DNA from: Takakia lepidozioides
Taxonomy: Eukaryota; Plantae; Bryophyta
Length of the DNA stretch: 64,000 bases
Reading direction: 5' to 3'
NCBI GenBank assembly: GCA_030704615.1
Contig: CM060733.1
Coordinates: 74,028,001-74,092,000 of the forward strand
Shown here: positions 23,390 to 35,600 of the stretch, one piece after another
Position numbering within the stretch: the stretch's first letter is position 1
Layout of the letters: every line of letters starts with the position of its first letter
Position numbers and translations under genes: made by a program
The notes under the pieces: model-generated
What the model was told of the DNA's origin: nothing
Databases searched by the model: none
What the model saw: only the letters and a program-made list of their open reading frames with translations

Positions 23390-26300
23390 ATCATCACTAT
23401 CATCGTCCTGTCCTTGACTGTCCTGCTCCGCCTCCACCCCGTCATTGCCTTTCTCATCTCCAGCGGACTGCTCATTGGTCAGGCTTTCGAAAATCCCATC
23501 TTCCCCTTGCGGAACCGACCATCTCAGCTCCGTTGGGTCGTCGTCCTCCCTGTCTGCATCGCTTTCATATGAACTTTCGCACCCGTCTACCTGTCTCAGC
23601 TGTTGCCAACTCTTTCCTTATCCTTCTGTCCTCCCTAGCCCTCTCCAAAATCTGCTCTACTTTACTGGGATTCTCACATTGTCTAATCGCTGTATTTGCA
23701 AGTTTAGCTGCATAACTAGGAATGGAGTAGTCCTTCACCGGGCTCGTCATGAAGTCGGCCCTCGCAAAGAACGGGACATTCTTCCTGGCAGGAAGTGTAG
23801 GCCCTACATGTTTTGACCCGGATCCTGGAATCCTGCACATAACAATCACCAACGAGACCAATGAGAACCACAGTCCGGAAATGCGTTTGACAAAAAATCA
23901 CCCAGAAGGCTTTGCAAACTTACAATGTTTGCACTCACTCGTATTCCGGTTCTCCTCGGAGCATCAATGTCCACTGTCTCTTCCTCCGACTCCGACGAAT
24001 CGAGGAGTCTTTGGCTTCGATGGGCAGCCTTCACATTCCGTTGCAGCCTTTCCAGATGGGATCCCCAGACGGATGTATCCTCCTCGTAGGCAAAGAGGTG
24101 CCCGTCGGAAAAAACCCCCAACCCACATTGAGGCACGTGTTACAATGCCATCCACACATTATGACATGGCCCTTCAGATGTTGCAAATTCAAGCATAACG
24201 AGAATTTGCAGAACAGCATACAACAAGATTCTGCATACCTGTCCCACAGATGAGTCGAGCACTGTGCCCTCCACGTCAGTGCATGTCTCCATAATTGTCT
24301 GAATGAAGGCAGGGCTCCGAGTCCGTGAATACCGCAGGGGTTTAGTTGAAGTGAGGCTATGAGGGAGAAGTTCCGTGGGAACGTTGTTGAACAGGACGTC
24401 GTAATCGATGGGTCGCAGTTCGGGTCAACCAACAATCCCTCCTTCCGGAAAGCAAAGGTGGAGTTCTCCTTCACAAAGCAGTATGCATCGAACTGCTTTG
24501 TCTGCATACACATTGGGGAACGATTAGAAATCGAATGCGGCACCGCATTTCAAAACTCCTAAGAAAATGAAAGGACGAGTGCCAATGTCGTAATTACCAT
24601 CTTCCCTTCCGACCGAAGGCCCAATGTGTTGATGCACGCCACTTCTTCTTCAGAATTGGGACGGCGCTCTTACGGGTCCACTTCGCAATTCCTGTCTGCG
24701 TGTTTTTGCCTCTACTCGCCGGGACAACCACACAGCCTCTGTCGTCCAACACCATGCGGGCGAGCCTGAATCCTTTCTTCCAAAAGTCCTCGGAGTACTT
24801 GTTCCAAGATGGCAAAGCTTGCAGTCCTTCCACAGGCTCTCCGTCCGGAATATCCAAGATGATCATATCGCAAGACCACTCGGTGGCATTCCCACCCCTC
24901 CTGCAATCCTTGTTTGCACACACCCTCTCAAAGAACGAGACCATCTTCAGAAACCCAGGGGTGTCGGAAGGCTCTTCGGTAGCCGCCTTCTTCAGTGCTT
25001 TGCCCTTCAGACCCCCATGGTCTTCATGTATGCCAACTTGGCTGCCCGTCCATCCAAAGCCGCCAAGAAACTCTCATTTACACACTGGACTACTGTATCG
25101 GGATCCACTTTTGGCCTCTTAATTTCCACCGGCTCGAAAGGGTGCCCCCCCGGGGGGTTGAAGAGTGCCTTCTTTGCCGAGCCTATTCTCGTCCCTCTCG
25201 TGACAATGGTGGGCACAGGGGATTTTGGCTGCGTTTTGGGGGGTGGGCTGGTTGCAAAGTCTCCATCGGAGTCCTCTTCGTCACCCTCTTCCTGCACTAT
25301 CTGTTTCTGCTTCTTCGTTTTCTTGGGTGTCACAATTGCTGCTCCTTGCTGGCGAGTCCTCTTCTTCGACCCCTTCTATTGAGCCTGCACAACTGCATCC
25401 ACCGTCTTCTGTGCCATCTCAGCTGCCTTTCTGGATTGTTCCAGAGCAGCAGCTTCCTTTGCCGACTCTGGCCGAGTAGGGACACATCTTTCCTTTCTCT
25501 TCTCTTCTGCTTTCGCGTGCAGATCTTTCTTAGACTCGTCAACAATTCCGCCAGCCATGTCCAGGTACCACGGGCATCCAACGAGATGCGCGGCATGCCA
25601 TTGTTTCTGCATCTCGGGTGTGTAGACACAGCTTCAGCCCGCCACGGTCCAAGCCATGAAGAATGGGGGCTCTTGAGCCAGGGCCCCTGTCTGAAGAAGC
25701 ACGTATTTCATATACCTGCAGGGCAGTCAGCATGCGTGAGCAAAAGTTGAGACCAACGTACTCGCAGAGTGCAACCAAACATAAAATGCGAATGCGGTGC
25801 CGCATTTCCCAGACAAACCTCATAACCAGGCTTCGCATACAAGGACAGCAGGGCTTCACCTATAAACAATTCGCATTGCAGCTTTTCCCGCTCCCTCCTG
25901 ATGTGTAAACTCCACGCTCCTTCTTGCTGTTTGCAGCTCCCTGGCGAAGAGGTTGTCCTTGTACGCACATCTGAAACGTGTCACGTAGTCTTACAATGTC
26001 TGTGTTCCATCCAATTTGACGTACAAGCCGAACGAATTTGTATGCATTACGACTTGCTCCTTCGCATTCGTCATTACCTGCGATTCCCACATGCATTGTC
26101 ACGTAGCAGTTCAGGGAATTCATTTCAGAAAAGCAAATCTAGGGAAGTACCTTGAATTACCTAGAACCACCAAGTCATGCGGTTGAGCCACACATCCACT
26201 GCAGGGTTGGAAACTTCGAGTGGAAAAGACCACATTGTCCTTATACTCTCCGATGCATTCCAGATCGACAGCCACCGTGTCTGCCATTTCCGATCCAATG

Positions 26301-27987
26301 TCAGGAGCAGGAAGAAGAGTGGCTATTGCTAGGAAGGAACTTCAGTGCATTGAAACCTCACCTTCTCTTTCGCCTCAACACATGCTGTTGAGAGGTGATG
26401 TAGTTTCTCCAACTGCATGGTCGGCTGCATGGCCCGAGAATAGTGTTTTGCAATCTCGGGGATGAAGTCCTTTCCAAGTGCCGGATGTGCAATGGCCACC
26501 AGCTTCACAAGCTTTGACTTGTATTTCGTTCTGGACTTGACCCCGGCTTCCTTCAAGTGCTCAGTCAATGACTGCAACGTTTTGACCTGCCCCTCACTTT
26601 CCATGAAGAACGTTTGGCATGGGCCAAATCCAGCTTGATGTTTGACTGCCAACAAAAACATGCAGAAGCGTTACATTCGATTCATGTAGAAAGATTACTG
26701 AAAATTGGGGAAGGATGAGCAGAGGGAAATGGGAGGACGACTTACTTCGTATATCACCTCCACCATTCCATCCATAGTGAGACGATACCATGTCCGGTCA
26801 GTTTTTGCCACGGCTTTCTGAATGAGCTCGGGTTCCAGCATTTCCGCAAACATGTGCGGATCAGTGAGACCAATTTTCCTCACCCTGTACAGCATATGTG
26901 CCATGTGGGTATGCACGTACGCATTTTCAGTGACCCTGCAAGGCACACTCTCCAGTTCAGTCCACGGAAGCACGGAAACAAAACAGATTGGAAACCGAAA
27001 TGCGGCACCGCATTTCGAACGTGCTTGGGAGGGTATGAGTATCTTACGAGTTGAGGTCCGCCATGGCATTTTTTAGCAGGGAGGAGTCTGCCGCCTTCAC
27101 CTTGAGGATGACACACTCCACCATGTAATGCCAGCCAATGTGCTTGGCATGGTTCTGCTTGATGTACTCCCACCAGGCAAGAAGTCGGTGATTCCCGTCC
27201 CACACAAAGAACATTTTACCCGACATATGGCCGAAGTCTGGATCACCCTTCAGCGTTGCCTTGAATTCGTCGTTGCGAGTGTGCCAGTGGGTATCCCATG
27301 TTGACAATTCATCCGCAGTGGGTCCACGAGATTCGCCGTCCTCATTCTCAATGGAAACGTAGAAGGCTGGCGAACCTAGACGGTACCTTTCTCGAAATGC
27401 GAACTTGAGCTTATCCACATCTCCGGGAAGTGCCTGCCTAACGATGGGAAGGGAGACCATGCGACAGAGTGGGATTCGAAGAGTCCGCTGGAATACCCTG
27501 CTGCCCAAAACTCTGCCAATGCTACTGTGTGTCTCCTCCAACATTGTATCCGCTGCACTTTGGAATTCCTCCGGAGACATTTATGCAGGTGGCGGTAAGG
27601 GCTGAACAGCTGGAGCATCCCCAACTAGAGCTGCACTCTGGGGAATCTTTGTGGGTAATTCTGCAATTGCAGAGGCCTCCTCCGGGCCTGCAGTATTTAG
27701 AAGATCTTCCTCAACGGTGGTCAGGTCTTGCTGCAAACGTTGAGCGGCAGCACCCTCCTCCCGTACCAGATCGACGAAATCGGTCGATCCCATTGCCTTT
27801 GCTGCAGCAGAGACTGCTCCGCCCTCCCCCTGATTGCCTTATGCTTCCTCATTCTTGCAGGTGAAGGTGTCTGCTGCAATTGAATCTGCTTCATTCGCCT
27901 GGGTGGGGGGGAAACGGCCTGGTCCGGTTCAGAAACAAGTTGAAGGACGGGCTGCTTCTTCTTTGTCTTTGCTGGAGAAGGGCTCGA
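23390..27987 (-). pseudogene. ParB/Srx-like + N6/N4 DNA methyltransferase-like fusion gene, copy 2, 3' part (multi-exon, frameshifted)
   Basis: FFVWDGNHRLLAW (DGNHR 27185-27199); DMIILDIPDG (24840-24869) then ARMVLDDRGCVVV; IMETCTDVEGTVLD-x-ICGTG (about 24239-24290, one 1-nt gap); GT-AG introns 24502-24597, 25716-25859, 26936-27047. Confidence 0.75.
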
Positions 27988-28695
27988 TGTCGCGGCCCTT
28001 TGCCTTGAGGGCAGGGGGTCGGGACACATGAGGGGCTGCCCCTGTGGTGGGGGCAGCGGCAGCGATAGGTATGGGGGCTGAAGCACCCTTGAGTGCCCAA
28101 GGAACTCAAGGAGCGGGGCGCTCACTAGGTGGAGCCCCGCACACGGGTTGCGGGGGTGGCTCCACAAGGGTGGTGGTAGCTTAGCGGGACTTAGTGGGGG
28201 TGGCATAGGACTCACCATGGGGGCAGAGACCTCGTGGTGGGAGTCGTGGGGAGTCTTGGGACTCATCACGGTCCATAGGGGCCGTGGTAAGGGCCAAGAC
28301 TCACCGCGACTCATCACCGGAAGTCGAGGGTTTCGTGGTGGTTCGCCATAAAATGGCATGGCTGGTTGTGAAACCCCGCGGACAGCTACAGAAGTATATA
28401 TAGGGAGTAGTAACCTTGAGAACGGTGCAAGCCCGTTGGTGACCAAAAAACTAGTGAGTAAGCGAGAGCCGGAAAGCGACCAAAGAGTGGGGAGCTGTTC
28501 CGGACTGCCAACTACCAAAGGGAATTCCCGCTGGTTCCAAATCGGTGGAGGGTTTGTTGGGAGAACCAAGGGGGACCGTTATGCCCCGGTGAGCAGCCGA
28601 AGCTCCCAATTGGCCCGGCGGCCAGGTTGGGAGTTAGGCGCGCGCATCAAAGCGAGTAACTTGAGGGGGAGCTTACCGAAGTGAGGTGCGCGACA
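27988..28695 (+). repeat. 5' LTR of element A
   Basis: TGTCGCG...CGCGACA termini; TATATA box; followed by PBS. Confidence 0.95.
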
Positions 28696-28697
28696 CT

Positions 28698-28709
28698 TGG
28701 TATCAGAGC
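28698..28709 (+). promoter_or_regulatory. Primer binding site, tRNA-iMet
   Basis: TGGTATCAGAGC right after LTR; also at 33368 and 57552. Confidence 0.92.
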
Positions 28710-28750
28710 TTAGAGTTCAGTACGCGATCGTCCTTGGGATTGGCCTCATC

Positions 28751-31700
28751 ATGGGGTCGGGCAAGCCGAAGCGAAAGCGGAACGGCCCAAAAGATGATGA
28801 TCCTGGTGAGCCCGATGGGGGCGACGTGTCACCGAGGCAGCCGTTTGAGGAAGCGATGCATGTTTCCAAAAACGAGGCCGCTCAAGAGCGGGAGGAATCC
28901 GAGGAGTCAGAGCCCGAGGAATCCTTGAGAGCTCCGACAAACCAAGAGATGCTCCCATGCCGGCAACCTTTTGGAAGGGTTGTTGGGCGCGGGGACGTGT
29001 TGAAAGGCAATGCCACTTCCACTAAGGCAAAGTTTAAGGTGAAGCCTAAGGAACCCGGCAGAGGGCGTCCGAAATCGAAGGCACTCAACACCTAGCTCCT
29101 GGAGCTAGTAGTACTTCCGGGCGGCCAAGTTGAGTGACGAGGATCGGGTGGAAGTGGCTCCCACCTATTTGAGGGGCTATGCTCAACAATGGTGGCAGAA
29201 ACGCCTTCACGACCGAGGCCCAAGCCCGAAAACCTTGAACTGGAGTGGGTTCAAGGAATTGATGAAGAGACAGTTTGTGCCCCTCAACACGTCCTGGCTT
29301 GCCCGGGACAAGATGAGGAATTTGAAGCAAAAGATGACATTCGGGGGTGTCCAGGCTTTCAATGTGCTGTTGCTCGAAGTCGCGGACATGGAGAACCAGA
29401 AATGGTCTTCAACTTTGTGGCGGGACTGGCCCCATGGGCCAGGCGGAAGTTGGAGGAGAAGCCACCCAAGACTTTGAACGAGGCAATTGAGAGGGCTGAA
29501 TGTTTCTCGGATGTCCCTAGGGGTGAGAGACAAGGCCGTACGGAGCTGAACCACAAGAAGACCCGGCGGGAAGGTGACTCCTTCGACCGGAAAAGAAGTG
29601 GGATAGGCCACGCGGCGACAATGGCATGTGGAAATCGAAGGGAGGGCCTTCACACGTCAAGGCGGCACCCGGTGCTCGAAAGGAAAAGCGGGTGAGCAAC
29701 TTATGGCGGACAGAATGCGACCTTTGATGGAGTGTGTTTCAATTGCGGGGAGCCCGGGCACATGGCCAAGAAGTGCACAAAACCTCGACAATTGAACATG
29801 ACTCGAGCAACCACGGAGCTGTCGGAAGATACCATCAGTCGTTTGGTGGAAGTGGTGGTCGCCAGGACTTGCAAGGTAGGCAACTATTCTTGTGAGTTGT
29901 ATCAGGAAACTGACGCCCGCGTAAAGGGAGTCAGTTATTGTTCGTGGATGGGATAATATCCAGAACTAATGTGTCGTTGTTGGTGGACACAGGAGCGTTG
30001 CACTCCTTCATGACACCGGCGGCGGCGCGAAAGTTGGGACTCCCGACAAGTGACGTGGGGGCCTCTATTGAGGTGCGTTCTGCCAAAGGAGAACCACAGT
30101 TGGCGACAAGGTTGGCGTTTGATGTTCCTCTTCAACTGGGGAGTTGGGAGGGACGTGAGAACTTCACCATCTGCGAGATCGATGGAGTGGATCTCATTTT
30201 GGGGATGACCTTTTTGAGCAAATCTGGAGTGGTCATAGATGGCCGCAAGAGAGTAGTCACGCTGCTATGTGGGAATGGTAGCGAGGTTTTACAAGTGTCG
30301 GAAACGCCCAAATCCGTGGGAGGGCGAATAAACCTTCTGTGAGCAAGGGAGTGGGCCGTGGAGGAGGCACACGAGCCCCAATTTTTGCTTAACATTAGAG
30401 AAGTGAAGGGAGAAGGCGATGGGAGCCGAGCCCAGATTGGATCAAGGGGATCTTGGAGAAATACCAGGATGTGATGCCGGAGGATTTACCAAGCAGCCTG
30501 CCACCGCGAAGAGGAGTTGACCACAAGATTGAGGTGATACCGGGATCGGAACCGCCTGCCAAGGCACCCTACCGGTTGAGCCACAAGGAGTTGGTCGAGC
30601 TGAAGACTCAGCTCAAGGATCTAATGTCAAAAACGTACATCCAGCCGAGTAAGTCACCTTACGAAGCCCCGGTGCTATTCGCAGACAAGAAGGATGGGAC
30701 GCTGCGGATGTGTGTCGATTACAGGGCTTTGAATAAGGTGACTATAAAAACCGGTACCCTTTGCCAAGGATCGACGACCTTTTCGACGGTTGGCAGGAGC
30801 GAAGTATTTCAGCCGGATCGACTTGCGCTCCGGCTATCATCAAATTCGGGTGGCGGAAGGAGATGAGGAGAAGACCGCGTGCAGGACAAGGTATGGTTCA
30901 TATGAGTTCTTGGTGATGCCTTTTGGGCTCACTAATGCACCGGCAACCTTTAGCACGCTGATGAACAGCCTTTTTTAGGAGTAGTTGGATGACTTTGTGA
31001 TCGTGTACATCGACGACATCTTGGTGTACTCGAAAACAAAGGAGGAACACCTGGAGCACCTCAAAAGGGTGTTCCAAAAGTTGCGGGAAGGGAAGCTGTA
31101 TGTCGCGGCCCTTTGCCTTGAGGGCAGGGGTCGGGACACATGGGGCTGCCCCTGGTGGGGCAGCGGCAGCGATAGGTATGGGGGCTGAAGCACCCTTGAG
31201 TGCCCAAGGCACTCAGGGAAGCGGAGGCGCTCACTAGGTGGAAGCCCCGCAACCGGGTTGCGGTGGGGGTGGCTCCACAAGGGTGGTGGTAGCTTAGCGG
31301 GACTTAGTGGGGTGGCATAGGACTCACCATGGGGGCGGAGACCTCGTGGTGGGAGTCGTGGGGAGTTTTGGGACTCATCACGGTCCATAGGGGCCGTGGT
31401 GAGCGGGCCAAGACTCACCGCGACTCATCACCGGGAGTCGAGGGTTTTCGTGGTGGTTCGCCATAAAATGGCATGGCTGGTTGTGGAACCCCCGCGGACA
31501 GCTACAGAAGTATATATAGGGAGTAGTAACCCCAAGAACGGTGCAAGCCCGTTGGTGACCAAAAACTAGTGAGTAAGCAAGCGAGCCGGAAAGCGACCAG
31601 AGAGTGGGGAGCTGTTCCGGACTGCCATCTACCAAAGGGAATTCTCCTAGTCCCAATTAGGTGGAGGGTTTTAGAGGGGGACCGTTATGTCCCGGTGAGC

Positions 31701-32626
31701 AGCCGAAGCTCCAAGTTGGCCCGGCGACCAGGTTGGGAGTCAGGCGCGCGCATCAAAGCGAGTAACTATGACTATGAAAGGGGAGTTACCGAAGTGAGTG
31801 CGCGACACTATACGCCACAGCTTCAAAATGCGAATTCGGGGTCACGAAGAGTGGATTATTGGGGCATGTGATTACCTGGAGGGATCAAAAGGATGACAGA
31901 AAGGTGAGGGCGATCTTGGACTGGGAGCCTCCGACTTCGGTCCCGGGAGTGCGATCCTTCCTAGGACTCGCCTCCTATTACCGGAAGTATGTGAGAAATT
32001 TCGCCAAGATCGTGGGGCTGCTGTCGGACCTTCTGTGTAAATCCAAAGTCTGGGTATGGAACACATTTTGTGGCCAAGCTTTTTGCTGAATTGAAGCAAC
32101 AAATGGCGAAGCTCCATCTTGAAAATCCCGAGTTCGATCGTCCATTTGAATTCATACATATGCGTCGGACTTCACGATTGGGGGTTTACTTATGTCAAAT
32201 GAACGTTCAGTGGCTTACGAAAGTACAAACTGAATAGTGGAGCGCGGTGGCCGACGCAACAAAAGAGATGAAGGCGGTGGTGCATGTCTTGAGCTTTGGC
32301 GCACTATGTTTGGTTTCCAACCCGGACCGGGTTTCACGACAATGTCACGGTGAAGTATTTTTGGCCACGCAGCCCAGTTCCCCAAAACAACTTAGGTGGC
32401 AAGATAGCTTTTTGTGGCCGGTGTTCTCGACGGGATACCAATACAAACCTGGGACGACAACGTGGTGGCCGATCTTTAGTAGAAAGCATCAGCTCTTTTG
32501 GTGTAACAAGGGCGGACGACTCTCCCAAGGAAGATCCGGAAGGCTTGCCGGAAGGAGAGCTGGGAAGTCCGTGATGCAGGACTTGAGGATGGGGGTTTAA
32601 ATCGCAGTTCCACTGCAAAATTGACT
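28751..32626 (+). pseudogene. gag-pol of element A, 5' part (gag, zinc knuckle, PR, RT, RH), interrupted by solo LTR
   Basis: [33 protein letters not shown]. Confidence 0.9.
31101..31807 (+). mobile_element. Solo LTR of the same family inserted in RT of element A
   Basis: Full LTR flanked by CTGTA/CTATA; RT sequence resumes after it. Confidence 0.92.
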
Positions 32627-35600
32627 TGTCGCGGCCCCTTTGCCTTGAGGGCAGGGGGTCGGGACACAGTCAGGGGCTGCCCTGTGGTGGGGCAGCGGTC
32701 AGCGATAGGTATGGGGGGGCTGAGCACCCTTGAGTCCCAAGGCACTCAGGAAGCGGAGGCGCTCACTATGGTGGAGCCCCGCACACCGGGTTGCGGTGGG
32801 GTGGCTCCACAAGCGGTGGGGTTGGCTCCACAAGGGGTGGTGGTAGCTTAGTGGACTTAGTGGGGTGGCATAGGACTCACCATGGGGGCGGAGACCTCGT
32901 GGTGGGAGTCGTGGGAGTCTTGGGACTCATCACGTCCATAGGGGCCGTGGTGAGCTGCCAAGACTCACCGCGACTCACCACCGGGAGTCGAGGGTTTCGT
33001 GGTGGTTTCGCCATAAAATGCATGTGGTTGTTGTGAACCCCCGCGGACAGCTACAGAAGTATATATAGGGGGAGTAGTAACCCCAAACGGTGCAAGCCCG
33101 TTGGTGACCAAAAACTAGTGAGTAAGCGAGCGAGCCGGAAAGCGACCAAAGAGTGGGGAGCTGTTCCGGACTGCCATCTACCAAGGGAATTCTCCTAGTC
33201 CCAAAGAGGTGGAGGGTTTAGAGGAAGCGAAGGGGGACCGTTATGTCCCGGTGAGCAGCCGAAGCTCTCCAAGTTGGCCCGGGCGGCCAGGTTGGGAGTC
33301 AGGCGCGCGCATCAAGCGAGTAACTAGGACTTGAAGGGGAGCTTACCGGAGTGAGGTGCGCGACATTTGGTATCAGAGCTTAGAGTTCAGTACGCGATCG
33401 TCCTTGGGATTGGCCTCATCATGGGGTCGGGCAAGCCGAAGCGAAAGCGGAACGGCCCAAAAGATGTGATCCCGGTGAGCCCGATGGGGCGACGTGTCAC
33501 CGAGGCGCCGTTTGAGGAAGCGATGAATGTTTTCCGAAAACGAGGCCGCTCAGGAGCGGGAGGAATCCGAGAGTCGGAGCCCGAGGAATCCTTGAGAGCT
33601 CCGACAAACCAAGAGATGCCTCCCATGCCGGCAGCCTTTTGGGAAGGGTTGTTGGCGCATTTGGCGGGCGTGAAAGACGTGTTGAAGGCGGCTATGCCAC
33701 TTCCACTACGGCAAAGTTTAAGGTGAAGCCTAGGAACCCGCACCTTCGAGGGCGTTCGAACCCGAAGGCACTCAACACCTGGCTCCTGGAGCTAGAGCAG
33801 TACTTCCGGGCGGCCAAGTTGAGTGACGAGGATCGGGTGAAGTGGCTCCCACCTATTTGAGGGCTATGCTCAACAATGGTGCAGAAACGCCTTCACGACC
33901 GAGGCCCAAGCCCGGAACCCTGAACTGGAGTGGGTTCAAGAATTGATGAAGAGACAGTTTGTGCCCCTCAACGCGTCCTGGCTTGCCCGGGACAAGATGG
34001 AAATTTGAAGCAAACAGATGACATTCGGGGGTACGTCCAGGCTTTCAATGTGCTGTTGCTCGAAGTCGCGGACATGGCAGAACCAGAAATGGTCTTCAAC
34101 TTTGTGGCGGGACTGGCCCCATGGGCCAGGCGGAAGTTGGAGGAGAAGCACCCCAGACTTTGAACGAGGCAATTGAGAGGGCTGAATGTTTCTCGGATGT
34201 CCCTAGGGGTGAAAGACAAGCCGTACGGAGCTGAACCACAAGAAGACCCGGCGGGAAGGTGACTCCTTCCGACCGGAAAAGAAGTGGGATGGCCACGCGG
34301 CGATAATGGCATGTGGAAATCGAAGGGAGGGCCTTCGTACGTCAAGGCGGCACCCGGTGCTCCGAAAGGAAAAGCGGGTGGAGCGGCTTATGGCGGACAG
34401 AAGGCGACCTTTGATGGAGTGTGTTTCATTGCGGGGAGCCGGGCACATGGCCAAGAAGTGCACGAAGCCCCGGCAATTGAACATGACTCGGGCGACCACG
34501 GAGCTGTCAGAAGATACCATCAGTCGCTTGGTGGAAGCGGTAGTCGCCAGGACTTGCAAGGTAGGCAACTATTCTTGTGAGTTGTATCAGGAACTGGCGC
34601 CCGCCTGCTAAAGGGAGTCAATTATTGTTCGTGGATGGGATAATATCCGAACTAACGTGTCGTTGTTGGTGGACACAGGAGCGTCGCACTCCTTCATGAC
34701 GCCGGTGGCGGCGCGAAAGTTGGGACTCCCGACAAGTGACGTGGGGCCTCTATTGAGGTGCGCTCTGCCAAGGAGAACCTCAGTTGGCGACAAGGTTGGC
34801 GTTTGATGTTCCTCTTCAACTGGGGAGTTGGGAGGGACGTGAGAACTTCACTATCTGCGAGATCGATGGAGTGGATCTCATTTTAGGATGACCTTTTTGA
34901 GCAAATCCGGAGCGGTCATAGATGGCCGCAAGAGAGTAGTCACGCTGCCATGTGGGAATGGTGGCGAGGTTTTACGAGAGTCGGAAACGCCCAAATCCGT
35001 GGGAGGGCGAATAAACCTTCTATCAGCAAAGGAGTGGGCCGTGGAGGAGGCACACGAGTCCCAGTTTTTGCTTTACATTAGAGAAGTGAAAGGAGAAGGC
35101 GATGGGGAGCCGAGCCCAGATTGGATCAAGGGGATTTTGGAGAAATACCAGGATGTGATGCCGGAGGATTTACCAAGCGGCTTGCCACCCGAAGAGAGTT
35201 GACCACAAGATTGAGGTGATACCGGGATCGGGACCGCCTGCCAAGCGCCCTATACCGATTGAGCCACAGAGAGTTGGTCGAGCTGAAGACTCAGCTCAAG
35301 GATCTAATGTCAAAGGGTACATCCGGCCGAGTAAGTCACCTTACGGAGCCCCGGTGCTATTTGCAGACAAGAAGGATGGGACGCTGCGGATGTGTGTCGA
35401 TTACAGGGCTCTGAATAAGGTGACTATCAAAACCGGTACCCTTTGCCAAGGATCGACGACCTCTTCGATCGGTTGGCAGGAGCAAAGTATTTCAGCCGGA
35501 TCGACTTGCGCTCCGGCTATCACCAAATTCGGGTGGCAGAAGGAGATGAGGAGAAGACCGCGTGCAGGACAAGGTATGGTTCATATGAGTTCTTGGTGAT

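Noticed and set aside
27721-28684. 282-aa Pro-rich minus ORF and similar ORFs within LTRs
   Set aside because: Chimeric read-through of a GC-rich LTR into the host gene; frames not conserved among LTR copies.
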